From contig CAJFCJ010000021.1 in NCBI GenBank assembly GCA_904063045.1, positions 806,001 through 870,000 on the forward strand: 64,000 nucleotides of DNA. The letters are read 5' to 3'. The notes beneath the pieces are model-generated. The model ran no database searches, was not told the DNA's origin, and worked only from the letters and a program-made list of their open reading frames with translations. Shown here piece by piece: positions 1 through 11,052 of this stretch. The position numbers and the translations under genes were made by a program. Each line of letters opens with the position of its first letter. Within the stretch, counting starts at the first letter, position 1. This DNA is from Dimorphilus gyrociliatus (taxonomy: Eukaryota; Animalia; Annelida).

Positions 1-92
1 AGATCCTTATAAAAACTTTCCATTGCAATTACTTCTACTTTAGATTTAACCTTTTCTCCTAGTTTCTCCATGATTTTATCGCATACGGTAGT
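1..92 (-). CDS. UCK: UCK coding exon 2 (truncated by window edge)
   Basis: Acceptor aaatacag at 94-93; open frame TTVCDKIMEKLGEKVKSKVEVIAMESFYKDL. Confidence 0.9.
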
Positions 93-485
93 CTGTATTT
101 TTGCATTGAATAAAGGAATCATTATAGTCATGTTTATCTTAAAATTCTTATCAAGTGACAAATATATGATAGTGATATTAAACTTTACAATTAAATTCTT
201 TTATTGCAATTATAGCTTATCGTATATATATATATATATTCTATTAATTATTGCTATAAGAACACGATTAATCTTATCCTTGTGTACACGTGTTAAGAAG
301 AAGATGGATTAAAATGTGTTAAAAGGTTAAAACTCGATTAAAACTTGAAAAAGTTTTAAAAGATTAAATAAAGTACTAACCTTACCAGATGCTGTACCGC
401 CACAAACTCCAATAATAAACGGTTTTGCAGTGTTTTCGTAATCATTTAAGAAATTTCTACTATTTTTATGACTAGACGCCGCCAT
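1..485 (-). CDS. UCK: Uridine-cytidine kinase (UCK1/2-like), 5' part; exons 485-381 and 92-<1; gene continues beyond the left edge
   Basis: Spliced translation MAASSHKNSRNFLNDYENTAKPFIIGVCGGTASGK|TTVCDKIMEKLGEKVKSKVEVIAMESFYKDL has the Walker A motif GGTASGKT and matches human UCK2 [21 protein letters not shown]...SQDSFY. Phase-0 intron 380-93 is gttagt...cag. Confidence 0.92.
381..485 (-). CDS. UCK: UCK coding exon 1 (35 codons)
   Basis: ATG at 485 in AAAATGGCG context; ends ...GGT AAG before donor gttagt at 380. Confidence 0.88.
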
Positions 486-506
486 TTTGGCGCCAGAACG
501 GAAGTG
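474..506 (-). promoter_or_regulatory. YY1-type motif (AAAATGGCGGC) overlapping the UCK start codon, plus ETS motif CGGAAGTG at 499-506
   Basis: Plus strand reads gccgccattttggcgccagaacggaagtg; both are typical housekeeping core-promoter motifs. Motif match only. Confidence 0.5.
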
Positions 507-3174
507 CAGGATGTTGTCGGATGAATCGCCCATCTCTCAGTAAAAATCTGCAGATTTTCAAGAAAAATTTAACCAAATACGGGTCATGAGACAGATTTTG
601 CGTGTGATTTAGGGGAAATGACTTGTTAAAATTTAGTGAATTACGATATTTTACATCGTTTTACAACTGGTTGCTATTGACGTGTTTGCAGAATACGCCC
701 TCTGTCGGATACTCGAATTTGACGTCATCCAGACCTTTCTATTACCCCTAAATAATTATCAACTTCATTGTAAAATAATGTTTAGAAACTATAATTTTAG
801 CAGAGAAATTATCACAACTAAATCTTAATGTATCGACCGCCATCTTAGAAATACAACGTAATAAAGGAGCAAATAGCTCAAATTATTAACGGTTATAATG
901 TATAAATCTGACGAAGTTAAACATAACCATATAGGCTGAGAAGAAAATGAATGACAGCTATTTGGTTAATTACGTCAGAAGTTTTAAACGAATATTGTAA
1001 TTAAATGAAGTTTTAAAGAGATTATTTTCAAATCTTTGCCATTTAGATGACGCGTTTGTTACCTCTTGTTTCTATGCTAATATCTATTTGTAGTTATTAT
1101 CCCTTCTCATATAAAGAAAACAAAAACAGTTCTCACTCCTAGAAAGCTCAATAATTCGATTTTAATATCGCTATTCAATTAACAGAGAGAAATCTTCAAC
1201 TTGGCTTAGAAATTAGAGCATAACAAGTTGGTATACGATAACAGTTTCAATGTAAGGTTTTATATAAACTATACTTGTTTATATACATCTATGCAAATGT
1301 ATATATATATATATATATATATATATTCATACGTTATATAACTTCAGTTTTTTATGCGTATACCCTAGATAAACTATTTATTAATACAAATTATGGCCTA
1401 AAGTTAAACAAATAATTCTTAAAGCAATCAATTATACTTTCCTACTTGCGTATTTTCTCGATAAGAATAATGACGTAACGCAAAAGTTTATCTTTAAACA
1501 ATTGAAAATTGAAACTTTTAACTTTCATTTTAAGAAGAAATCCAAATTTATAAAGAATAAAATAAGAACATTCTATTGTTAATAAGCTTTATATTAAATA
1601 AAACCTTTACGTTGTTCTTTTTTCTACATCTATGAATATTTAATTATTTCATCATTCAAAATTCTCCACCTGTTATAATATACAAAGAGAACATTCGCAT
1701 AGTTTACCTTTATCTTCTTCACAAGTATTCCCTCTGTCGTTGCAGTAAACGAATGAAGTTTTAAATTTGAATTTACAACTGTAAATATACTATTTACTAT
1801 GCCACGAAAAAATAAGAGAAAGGAATAAGGTTGTTTTTCTTTAAATCAATGAAAAGCCAGAATTTTTCTTCTATCTCTCTTTATAAAGTTGGCTCTTGAA
1901 AAAAAAAACTGTTCACTATTATACGTAACAGTTATTCTTATCGTTTTAATCGTTTCAACCTCGAATGTCTGTGTAACTCAATCGTGTTTGAATAAGTATA
2001 GGTAGGTGCTATGACTAAGAAAAACTGGTAGAAAGGCATTTATTTTTAATTTGGGGAAATGTTGTAGTGGCAAAACGCTGGACATAAGACGTATTTATTT
2101 GAATTGTATATTTTTACTATATACTTAATAATATTTTACTGAGCAATCAATGTAAAAACTCTTCTTTTTAATTAAAAAATTAGAAAACGTTCCCCTTTAC
2201 TTTTTCGAATGTTCTATTTTACTTTCTTTTTTTTTATTACTCGTTCCTAGAATTTTCATCGTCAAGTTTTCTGCCTCGGCAGTATTAAAACTTGTTTATT
2301 CAAAGAAAAACATATTCTCTCATGATAAGATAGATGTTACAGTGTTTAAATCTAAAGACAACATTGCTGCTTGGAAGGTTAAACAGGGGAATTGGGTCAA
2401 TGCGCACAGGAAATGTTTTAATGTTGGACTAAGTCTTTTCACTATTTCATTTATTAAAGTAGAAGAATTTAGGAAGAAAGGTCTAAACTTAAGAAAAGCA
2501 AAAAAAAATTTGATTTAGTATGGGAGAAATTCTTTAGTTAAGGTCAAGGATATTCCATATAGTGACTATATATATAAATATATGTATGTTCTTTTTCGAA
2601 GAAAAATATAAACTAGATAGATAAGATTGTTATTTTTGTTAAAATGCTCTATAATAAATAGTTCGTTACGTCGTATCAGTAGTTTGATACAATTCACTTC
2701 ATCGAAGGTGAATAACAAAGACTATCTTTTTAAGCTATAAAAATTAATGTCAAATTTAATTCAATCGCTTTTTGATATGCTGCCATAGAAATTAAAGAAA
2801 ACTCTGTTAAAGTGATAGACAGGTTGGAAAGAGTAACTTTTTTTTTAATTTCATGGTCGTAACGTTAAAGAAAAAGAAGAACTCGTTCGAAAGTTGACGA
2901 ATAATTTCAAATATTTTCTAACAGCAAAATGCACTCATTTTCGCTTTATTTTTTATCTTTTTTTTCGTACATATTTTATTAGTAAATAAGCTCCAATTTA
3001 AAGAAAATATATGTTTATTTTATTATAAATACGGTTAATCTAACCCTATTTTTTTTATACAAAATAAGAAATTTATTCTAGTTCTAGAATGTTCTGTTGA
3101 CTTCATAAAAAACGATTTCGAAATATCCATGGCACTAAAATCCACCTATATTCTATACAGAACTATATACTCGA

Positions 3175-3183
3175 TCACGTGAC
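3175..3183. promoter_or_regulatory. Palindromic E-box TCACGTGA(C), USF/TFE/CLEAR type, upstream of UBE2F
   Basis: tcacgtgac about 265 nt upstream of the UBE2F ATG. Motif match only. Confidence 0.3.
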
Positions 3184-3443
3184 CTTTAAAATTCGTCTGC
3201 TAAACCATATATATATATATATATATATCTTCATCAAACGGAAATAGAACCATTGCACCATACTGAAGAAATACCCCAGAAAAGTAGTTCCGCTTCCGTA
3301 GTTGACAAAAAATTATCAAATGTGAATAATAAAGACGATAACGTCGCCAGAAGAAGTTTCCGATTATAATTTAGCTTTCATAACACTATTTCCCGAAAAT
3401 TGTGATAGGCATTGAGAAAAAAAACGGTGAGGATTAAAGAAAG

Positions 3444-3537
3444 ATGTTCAACTTGCAAGAAAGAGCTAGACAACAAAAAGATAGGCAAAGAAACGGTCGT
3501 AATAGAGCCACACTTAGAGATAAATTATTGTTAAGAG
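3444..3537 (+). CDS. UBE2F: UBE2F exon 1
   Basis: ATG TTC AAC...TTA AGA G|gtaaaa, phase 1. Confidence 0.88.
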
Positions 3538-4582
3538 GTAAAAACAACAATTAACAATATTTATAACGTTTCTATTTTTTTAATATGTTTAGAAAAGGAT
3601 CGTAAGAGTAAATTTTGCTTTCTTCCTTTTTTAGAAGTGCCAGCGTTGCAAAAAATTAAGCCGACCACTTGCGATTACTTTTTTGAAGACCAAGACGCTT
3701 TACATAACTTTTTCTTACATATTAAACCTACCGAAGGACCTTGGCGGGATGGCTTATTCAAATTTGAAGTGACTGTACCAGACGACTATAATATGAAGGT
3801 AACTATTCACGTTTCAATATGAATTAGTTATAGGTTTTTAAATATTATGCAATGAATGTTATATCTTCGAAGGAGAAGTGAATACTTAATGGTTATTGAT
3901 GTAGAATTTAGAATTTTTCTTGCTAGTTATGATTCCTTATATTATTATATAATATTTCATTTTCCGCCATCTTTCTTATATGAGAGTTTCAAAGTATGCT
4001 GTAACAATAAATTACTCAGCAATTTTTAACGGTATTTGAACATTTATTGATTCTATTAATTTTAATCTTTCAATCTAACGCTAGAGCTGGTATTCTCTAT
4101 CTTAACGAAAAACATGAAGCATCGTGTAAAGATAATGTCAATCAATTTTTCATACTTTTTCTTTCTTTCTTTCTTTTAGCCTCCTAAGGTCAAGTGTCAT
4201 ACGAAAATTTGGCATCCGAATATCAACGAAACCGGAGAAGTTTGTTTATCTCTCTTACGGGAGGTATCTGTTGATGGAATGGGCTGGGCACCTACGCGCA
4301 GTTTGACTGATGTTGTTTTAGGGCTTAACTCGCTCTTTAATGTAAATGTAAGTAAATTTTTTTAAAGGATTGTTATTTGTATTTATTTAACGCTCAGCAT
4401 ATTTTCAAACAAACATTAAAAATCAATACTTTGGTAAAAATTTTTAATTTTCTTCATAACAGGATCTGGTCAATTTTAATGATCCGCTAAATACTAATGC
4501 TGCTGATCAGTATCATAGGGATAAGGATGAATTTACCAAAGTTGCAAGAGATTACGTCCATCGTTTTGCTAAGAAACGATGA
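3444..4582 (+). CDS. UBE2F: NEDD8-conjugating enzyme UBE2F, 179 aa; exons 3444-3537, 3635-3798, 4180-4341, 4463-4582
   Basis: Spliced protein MFNLQ...LRDKLLLRE|VPALQ...YNMK|[42 protein letters not shown]...LFN|[10 protein letters not shown]...RFAKKR* aligns throughout with human UBE2F ([37 protein letters not shown]). Catalytic Cys present; GT-AG introns; 540 nt in frame. Confidence 0.95.
3635..3798 (+). CDS. UBE2F: UBE2F exon 2
   Basis: tttttag|AA GTG CCA ... ATG AAG|gtaact; overlaps ORF 3637-3822. Confidence 0.92.
4180..4341 (+). CDS. UBE2F: UBE2F exon 3 (catalytic Cys); alternative donor could end it at 4347
   Basis: ttttag|CCT CCT AAG ... TTT AAT|gtaaat gtaagt. Confidence 0.9.
4463..4582 (+). 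CDS. UBE2F: UBE2F exon 4 with TGA stop
   Basis: ataacag|GAT CTG GTC AAT ... AAA CGA TGA. Confidence 0.92.
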   Translation, partial: DLVNFNDPLNTNAADQYHRDKDEFTKVARDYVHRFAKKR

Positions 4583-5807
4583 CATTCTTCTAAAGTGAAG
4601 TTTCTTTTCTTCTGGGCACTTTATAACAATATTGACTCTAAATTAAAATTTTTCTGGTGCGAAAAGTTGAAAAATATTTATGATGTAGAAAATGTAAAAC
4701 TCGTATATACATAATATATATATACGTATGTTATGTATATAAGTTTATTCATTTATGCATTGATATATCTTTTTATGTATTAAAATTTTTATGATATATG
4801 TATGTATGTTTGTATGTACATGTATGGTATTCAAAACCAGTTTTAAGAACTTCTGGATAAATCTCAACTTATTTACATCTTAAAAAAGGAAATGGCTTTT
4901 TTTTAAAGACTTTCTATATACATATTTAGTTTGAACTTATTTACCTTTGATAGTAATATTTAATAGAATCATTGTTTAAAAAAACAAGAATTATTTTTCT
5001 CCAAAAAGATTCAATGAAGATATGAGATTGTATTTTTACAAAAGAAGCAAAAAATTTTCCTTTTTAGCCTAAACTTAAACAAAGTAAAATAGAATATTTA
5101 AATAGATCATTTGTTTCTTTTTAACATCACAATATATTTAAGGCACCTGAAAAAAAATATCCAGATAGACCAAGTGATGGCGTCAGAAGAAATACGATTT
5201 TTTTTCTTTTTCCATAACATTTACTTTTTAATTAGTAATTTTCCCTTTTTCTCTTTCCTTACTATTGAATTTATTCTGTGTGTTTTGTCTTTCTTTTCCC
5301 TGCAATCTCCTTCTCGTTTGACTTTTCACCATCTTCCAAGTGTACAGTTAAAAAACAAAACAAGACTTGTTCAATAACTTTAACGCGAAAGAAAAACATC
5401 AAAGTAATAAAAAATAAAAGGGAAATAAATTAAAGAATTTCTCTCTTAACATTAACATTATTTTCCTTTCTTTACATCTGATTAAAAAACAGGCTCAATG
5501 CACAACAGAAACAAAAGACAATTGAATGTTTGTTTCTTTCTTTTAAAAGGCGTGTAAAATTTACAGAATATTGATTGCATAACAATAATAATAATAATAA
5601 TAATAGTAACATTATCAACTAAAATCATAGTTTTTTCCATTTTGCTTTTACATCACATTTTTTCCACGAGAAAAAAAAGGCACAAATCGAGATGTATATG
5701 TATTTATATATATATATAAAAAGCACCTATTTCTATCTAACTGGTCGCGAATAAAGTTTCATCTCAACATTTTTTCGAGATGCGGTCTCCGAAGCACCAG
5801 CTCCAAT

Positions 5808-7610
5808 TTATTCTGTTTCCAATTTACTGATTGTTGCGTCTAATTCGTCGCTTAAACCTTGAAGCATATCGTCGAGTTCGTTCAGGATATTTGGACATTC
5901 GAAAGCCCCCTCGGCGCTTGGCTTTTCAAGATGAGATTTTTGTCTGATAGTTCCGACATTTTCGTTTGCGAAATGTAAGTACTCATTACTGGCCACAACA
6001 TCTTCGTAATGTGTAACAGCGACACTATGAGCTTGGAGGGAAGGTGTTGGTAATATTTTAGGAGGGAGAGTGGATTTATGAGGTCTAGGAAGACTAGAAA
6101 AATGCACTTCCTTCTTCTTAGTGTGTTCTATATCGTCTACGCTAGGTAACTTAGGTGGACTGACTGGCTTAACTCTCATAGATGTTCTCATACTGTTCGT
6201 TCTCCTAGGTGGAGGTGGAGGCGTTTTGTTTCTCCTTACTTGTACATTAGACATTTTACTAAATGTACTTTTATTTCTTCTAGCTAAGGTTCCACTATAT
6301 GCAACATCCTCCGAGTCCATTTGAATTGGTAATGACTTATCAGCGCTCGGGGATACTTGTATGGCAACAACGTCAGGACTCTGAATAGTTTCATCTAATG
6401 GCTGGTTATCTTGTTTTAGCCTCCTTAATTTTTGAACGGCTAAAAGTAGCTTCTTTTGATGGCCCAACTTCGTTATACCAACCTCTTCCAAGTCCTCAAA
6501 AGTAATTTCAGTTAAACTATCGACTGAATTATAACCTTGAGATTTCAATAGCGTATCGTATTCTATAAGGTTTAAACAACCCAAAAATGTAGATATAGAA
6601 TCTGGAATAAAATTCGGTAGCAGGTCGGGAAAATGCAATCTACTGATTTCAGATTTTAGCTTTTTCAAATGACTTGATTTTTGAATACCCAAAGCGTTAA
6701 CGTCAGACGGAGTCATCTTTGAAACTGTGGGTAGATCGTAGCCGGAGTTCAAAAATACGGATGAATATTCGGCAAGCTGCATCTGATGTAGCCAGGCGGT
6801 TAATAGCTGAGGATCAGTTGGTTTAAGACCTTCCTTAAGTCGGTCGTGAATAAAAGTAGCTGGCTCTATTTCGCTTAGAGATCTAAGCGAGGAAGAGGAT
6901 GATGAATGCATACTGACGCCCGATTCGGCGCTAGATAGAGAGTGGGAGGATAGTCTGTTCGGGGTATGTTGAGGTGATATTCCGCTATCCCTATCAGCAT
7001 CTTTAGCGGTTGTTACTGGTGGCGGAGGAAATTCTGAGTCGGTTCCAAACGTGACGTAAGGTCGATTTGGTAAAACATCGGGCGGATCGTCGCCCGTGAA
7101 TAAACACCTGACGCCCCTATATAAATTATTAGATTTGTGCAGCTGTTCAACGAGTTGAGCTGCTGTTTGACCAAAGGAATTAGTAGCTTCCAAATCGACT
7201 CCTCGATGCATTAGCATTTTCGCCACATTCGGCTTATTAGATAAGACAGCCTCGTGGAGAGCCGTACCTGACGCAGTTCTTCTATTTATATCCACAATGC
7301 CGGAATCTAATAGGCACTTAACAACGTCGACGTGACCGTGGTGGGCGGCTCGATGAAGAGGAGTAGTGCAATAATAATCTTGCGGGTTACTTATTAATTG
7401 ACTGGAACAAGAGGATATTAAAACTTGAACAACTGGCGTTCTTCCTTTTTCACAAGCACAATCGAACGGAGTTTTTTGTTGTTGATCCCTGATATTTACA
7501 TCTCCTCCGTGTTCTAAGAGCATCTTTACAACAACACTATGCCCATGACCACAAGCAAAGTGAAGTGGTGTTTGACCAAAACCATCGCAGTCATTCGGGG
7601 AAGCCTTATT
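5808..7610 (-). CDS. CASKIN: Caskin terminal coding exon (1803 nt; ankyrin repeats 3-6, SAM1/2, C-terminus)
   Basis: ctactatag|AAT AAG GCT ... is in frame with ORF 5808-7523. Confidence 0.95.
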   Translation of the reverse strand, partial: NKASPNDCDGFGQTPLHFACGHGHSVVVKMLLEHGGDVNIRDQQQKTPFDCACEKGRTPVVQVLISSCSSQLISNPQDYYCTTPLHRAAHHGHVDVVKCLLDSGIVDINRRTASGTALHEAVLSNKPNVAKMLMHRGVDLEATNSFGQTAAQLVEQLHKSNNLYRGVRCLFTGDDPPDVLPNRPYVTFGTDSEFPPPPVTTAKDADRDSGISPQHTPNRLSSHSLSSAESGVSMHSSSSSSLRSLSEIEPATFIHDRLKEGLKPTDPQLLTAWLHQMQLAEYSSVFLNSGYDLPTVSKMTPSDVNALGIQKSSHLKKLKSEISRLHFPDLLPNFIPDSISTFLGCLNLIEYDTLLKSQGYNSVDSLTEITFEDLEEVGITKLGHQKKLLLAVQKLRRLKQDNQPLDETIQSPDVVAIQVSPSADKSLPIQMDSEDVAYSGTLARRNKSTFSKMSNVQVRRNKTPPPPPRRTNSMRTSMRVKPVSPPKLPSVDDIEHTKKKEVHFSSLPRPHKSTLPPKILPTPSLQAHSVAVTHYEDVVASNEYLHFANENVGTIRQKSHLEKPSAEGAFECPNILNELDDMLQGLSDELDATISKLETE

Positions 7611-10600
7611 CTATAGTAGATAAAAAAGAGAGAGGGAATGTAAACAACATTGTTACCACAAAGAATGCTATTTTTCTTTAGTCAGCCTATAAAGAATTAC
7701 TCATCACTCATGGAATATTTATCGTACGAATGGGAGGAAGTAAGTGGTGCTATTGAGAAAGAATGATACGCAAATTGCACAATAGCATTTTTCTATCATT
7801 AAATAGACTAAAGGAATTTGGGATAAGATATAAAAAAATTCTGTATTCTAGTAGAAAGAGAGAGAGAGAGAGAGAGAAAGAAAGAAAAGAAGAAAAAAAC
7901 AAAAAGACTAGCGAAAAAAATATAAAAGCGTTAAACGACTTAAAAATAAATAATAATAATTAGGAATGCTTCATTAGGCATTTCTAATCGTAAGCTTTTA
8001 AGGGCTTGAGAGGGTTATTAAAAGAATATAACAATCGTATTTCTAACTCAAAGGGATCGAAAATAGGTTTTTACAGCATTGATTATCGGTAATTGGAAAA
8101 AGTTAATTAACCAAACTCGAATAAAACTTATAGGATAATAATGATTATATTTACGTATCGAGTAGGTAAACGTATTGACACCGTGAATTTTTGTGAAAAT
8201 AATAAATATTTCGTACTTTTTCTCTTTAATTAATATTTAATTTCTTTTTATATTAGAAATAAAATCAAAATTATGCGAAATCACCTCAAATATTTTTAAA
8301 ATAACTTGTACACAATAATCGTACAAAAGGAAAGAAATAAGGAACTCTTTTATAATTCTAATCGTTTTCTTTAACTTGAATTTACGACCCTGGAGTAATC
8401 GTGTTTTGGCCGACAAGTACCTGCTATATATTACCCTTCTACGTGAAATGGTTTAAATTGAAGATAAACTTTATCCCATTTCTCTTTATCATAAGCCAAC
8501 TTAATTATCTAGTATTATATTAACATAGAAAGAACTTGCCCCTCCCCTTTAATAACATTAATATTCTATTATTGTTATTATTCGAAAATTTTTAAATAGT
8601 TAAACAGCAATAGCAATAATAAGCAATATATAAATCATCGCGTCTTATAAGCGTATATAAGCCTATAAATAAAAGAATACGCACAGAAAAAATTCAGATA
8701 TAGAGCCGTTATTTTAAGTTCGTTCCAAAAGTAGATTTGATAATAAGAGAGCACGTGTTTAAAAAACAATAAAAAACAACTACTAGTAAGTTGGATATAG
8801 AAAGAAAAAGAGAGACAGACAGAGAGGGAGAGAGAGAGACTCATTGTTCTTGTCTGATAAAAATCAATTTTTTATTACTTGTATTCTGATTATAAAATTG
8901 AAAATAAAATTCCTTTTAGGCATTTTTTTTCTTTATCTATATCGGTCGTACCGTTATCCTTTTGTCTTTTGTTTCTTGTACTAATTCTACAATCCGTAAA
9001 ATTCTCTCCCTCTACGTCATCTCTATTTTTGACTAATAATAACTTCCTATTACGTAATAATTATAAATAAACAATATTTCCCCTCCCAAACCCCTATTGT
9101 ACAACAATCTCTCACATTTTTCTCCTCTATTTTCATTCTGATTGCCAAAGTTTATCGCAACTTTTTGCCGTGTCTAGAGGTTAAGTAAATTTTTTTTTTT
9201 CAACTATTATAGGCCTAATTAAAAATGAAAAGATTATTTTTTCTTCTTGTTTACTATTTTCTAATTCGGATAGAGAGAGAGATAGATAGATAGATGCGCG
9301 ATAGGCAGGCAGAGAGATATAGAATGCGTGAAGAAATAATAGCAGACAGATAGAAAAAAACAGAAATAGAGAACGAAATTAAGTCGTTCTCTAGATATCG
9401 TCGTTTTAAAATTTTTTTTCTTTCTTGTTTTTTGGGCCTACAACCAACTCGAGTAAATACAAATAATAAAGAGTATTTAATAATAAACAATATAAAAGTG
9501 GAGCAGATTGTTAAACACTATTCGGGATAGACAGTAGTTAAAAATAAGTTACATTTTACAGGCCATCCTACGACGACATTTTGTAATAATTAAGGGCTAT
9601 AAATCTTTAGCACTTGAGCTTTTGAATCTTCTTATGGGCCACACAACACACTCAACGAAATGCTCTGTTAATTCTTAGCCTTCTACTAGGATTTATAGAA
9701 AACAGAAAGAGAAAATTTCTTCAAAGGTCGCAATTCGTTACGTAAACCTAGAAAGATAAGGTCGGAATAGCAGAATGGAAAATGAAATGTAGGCAGACCC
9801 GGGAATAATTTCTGCCAATAGATTACCTCTTTGAATAAATAGAAAGAATACTTGGCTAGAATAACAGATTAGTAAAGAAATAATACTAATCAATAAAGGA
9901 ATTCTTTTAAGTCCTTTAATACGCTTTTAGGTAAAATTCGGTAAGGAGAGATTATTTAACAAGGTTTTCTATTCCGAATGTATATACATTTTCATATTAA
10001 AAACAACCTATTTTCTATTTTACTCAATTCCCTTCTCTACTATTCGTAGAGAGCAAATTTTTCCATAAGGCAACCTCAAATACAAGATATATCAAAATAG
10101 TAAAGTAAACTTGATAGGGTTAACGTTCGGCCAAAAAAGAAAACATCAACGGGTAACGGGTTAAAGGGAAAGGGGGGGAGGGAAAATGAAAAATAAGAGT
10201 TTTGAATGGAGACAAAGAAGAGTTAAATTTCGCTCTATTCAATATTTAACCAATAGATGATAAATAGGTGACGATTTGATGGATAGATGAGAAGAGACAA
10301 GTTAGAAGTTAAAGGCGCGCAAAATGACAGATATCACTCTTTTCAATACTATCTTCCTGAGAGACAGGAATACTACATACAACTTTCAAACTTGTATTAA
10401 TCCGTCAAAGTGAAAAAAAAAAACACGGCTTTTGTCGTTTTCTTTTCAAGAGAAATTCCTAAGAAAGGCGTGACCAATTTCTTAAAAAGTCGGAAGTTGA
10501 AAAAAATCAAAAAATAACGAAGATAAAAAAGAAAAAGAAGGGAAAAAATAATAATAATAAAACAAAAAGGTTAACGCCGGAAGACGGATTATAGGCCTAT

Positions 10601-11052
10601 CATAGGAGAAGGTACTTGAGAGTAAATTCAACGTTGGAGGGGAAAGTTTTTTAGCCGAATGTAAATAAAGCTGCGGTTTTTTTTATTTACCTTTAAAAGA
10701 ACGTCGACTGGCTCGATTCTGCCTTGCCAACAAGCGAAATGCAACGGGCGTCTACCACTACTATCGCACACTGAAGCCGACGCTTGAGCATCCAAAAGTA
10801 TTTTCATAATATTGACATTGCCAACCAAAGTGGCCTGATGGAGAGCCGACATCCCATCTCCGTCCTGATAATCGACATTAACCCTTTTCGATTCTGTTTA
10901 GAAGCGAATAATAAATTTTTTATGCGTCAAAAAAATGCATATAAGCAAACAAAAGTCTTACTTTTCCCTTTCTGTTTGTTGATGAGTAATTTTTTTGTCG
11001 TCTGCTCGTCCTGAGCCTTTACGGCTATTACTAATTCTCTCTCCTTCGTCAT
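5808..11052 (-). CDS. CASKIN: Caskin-family scaffold, 698 aa (6 ankyrin repeats, 2 SAM domains, proline-rich region, Caskin C-terminal motif); exons 11052-10962, 10893-10691, 7610-5808
   Basis: N-terminus MTKERELVIAVKAQDEQTTKKLL matches human Caskin MGKEQELVQAVKAED. KRVNVDYQDGDGMSALHQA...RPLHFACWQGR matches Caskin ankyrin repeats 1-2. Tandem SAM (WLHQMQLAEY...GYDLPTVSKMTPSDVNALGI; GITKLGHQKKLL) and C-terminal LNELDDMLQGLSDELDA resemble Caskin. Phases 1 and 0 are consistent; 2097 nt. Confidence 0.92.
10691..10893 (-). CDS. CASKIN: Caskin coding exon 2 (ankyrin repeats 1-2)
   Basis: ctaaacag|AA TCG AAA ... TTA AAG|gtaaat; overlaps ORF 10628-10852. Confidence 0.92.
10962..11052 (-). CDS. CASKIN: Caskin coding exon 1
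   Basis: ATG at 11052; ends GGG AAA A|gtaaga; 68-nt intron follows. Confidence 0.88.

Noticed and set aside
486-533. In-frame upstream ATG extending UCK by 16 aa (MGDSSDNILHFRSGAK)
   Set aside because: It overlaps the ETS and YY1 promoter motifs; the ATG at 485 has the better context and gives a typical N-terminal length. Not excluded without TSS data.
1631-1845. Minus-strand open frame with exon-like boundaries (1778-1708)
   Set aside because: No start codon or recognisable homology; it would need a 38-nt intron; the length is expected by chance.
4583-5807. Possible overlapping 3' UTRs of convergent UBE2F and Caskin
   Set aside because: Each gene has poly(A) hexamers available before any overlap is required.
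6121-6324. Plus-strand ORF inside Caskin; similar ORFs at 10784-11014, 14488-14676 and 30804-31092
   Set aside because: Antisense or shifted-frame shadows of real coding exons.
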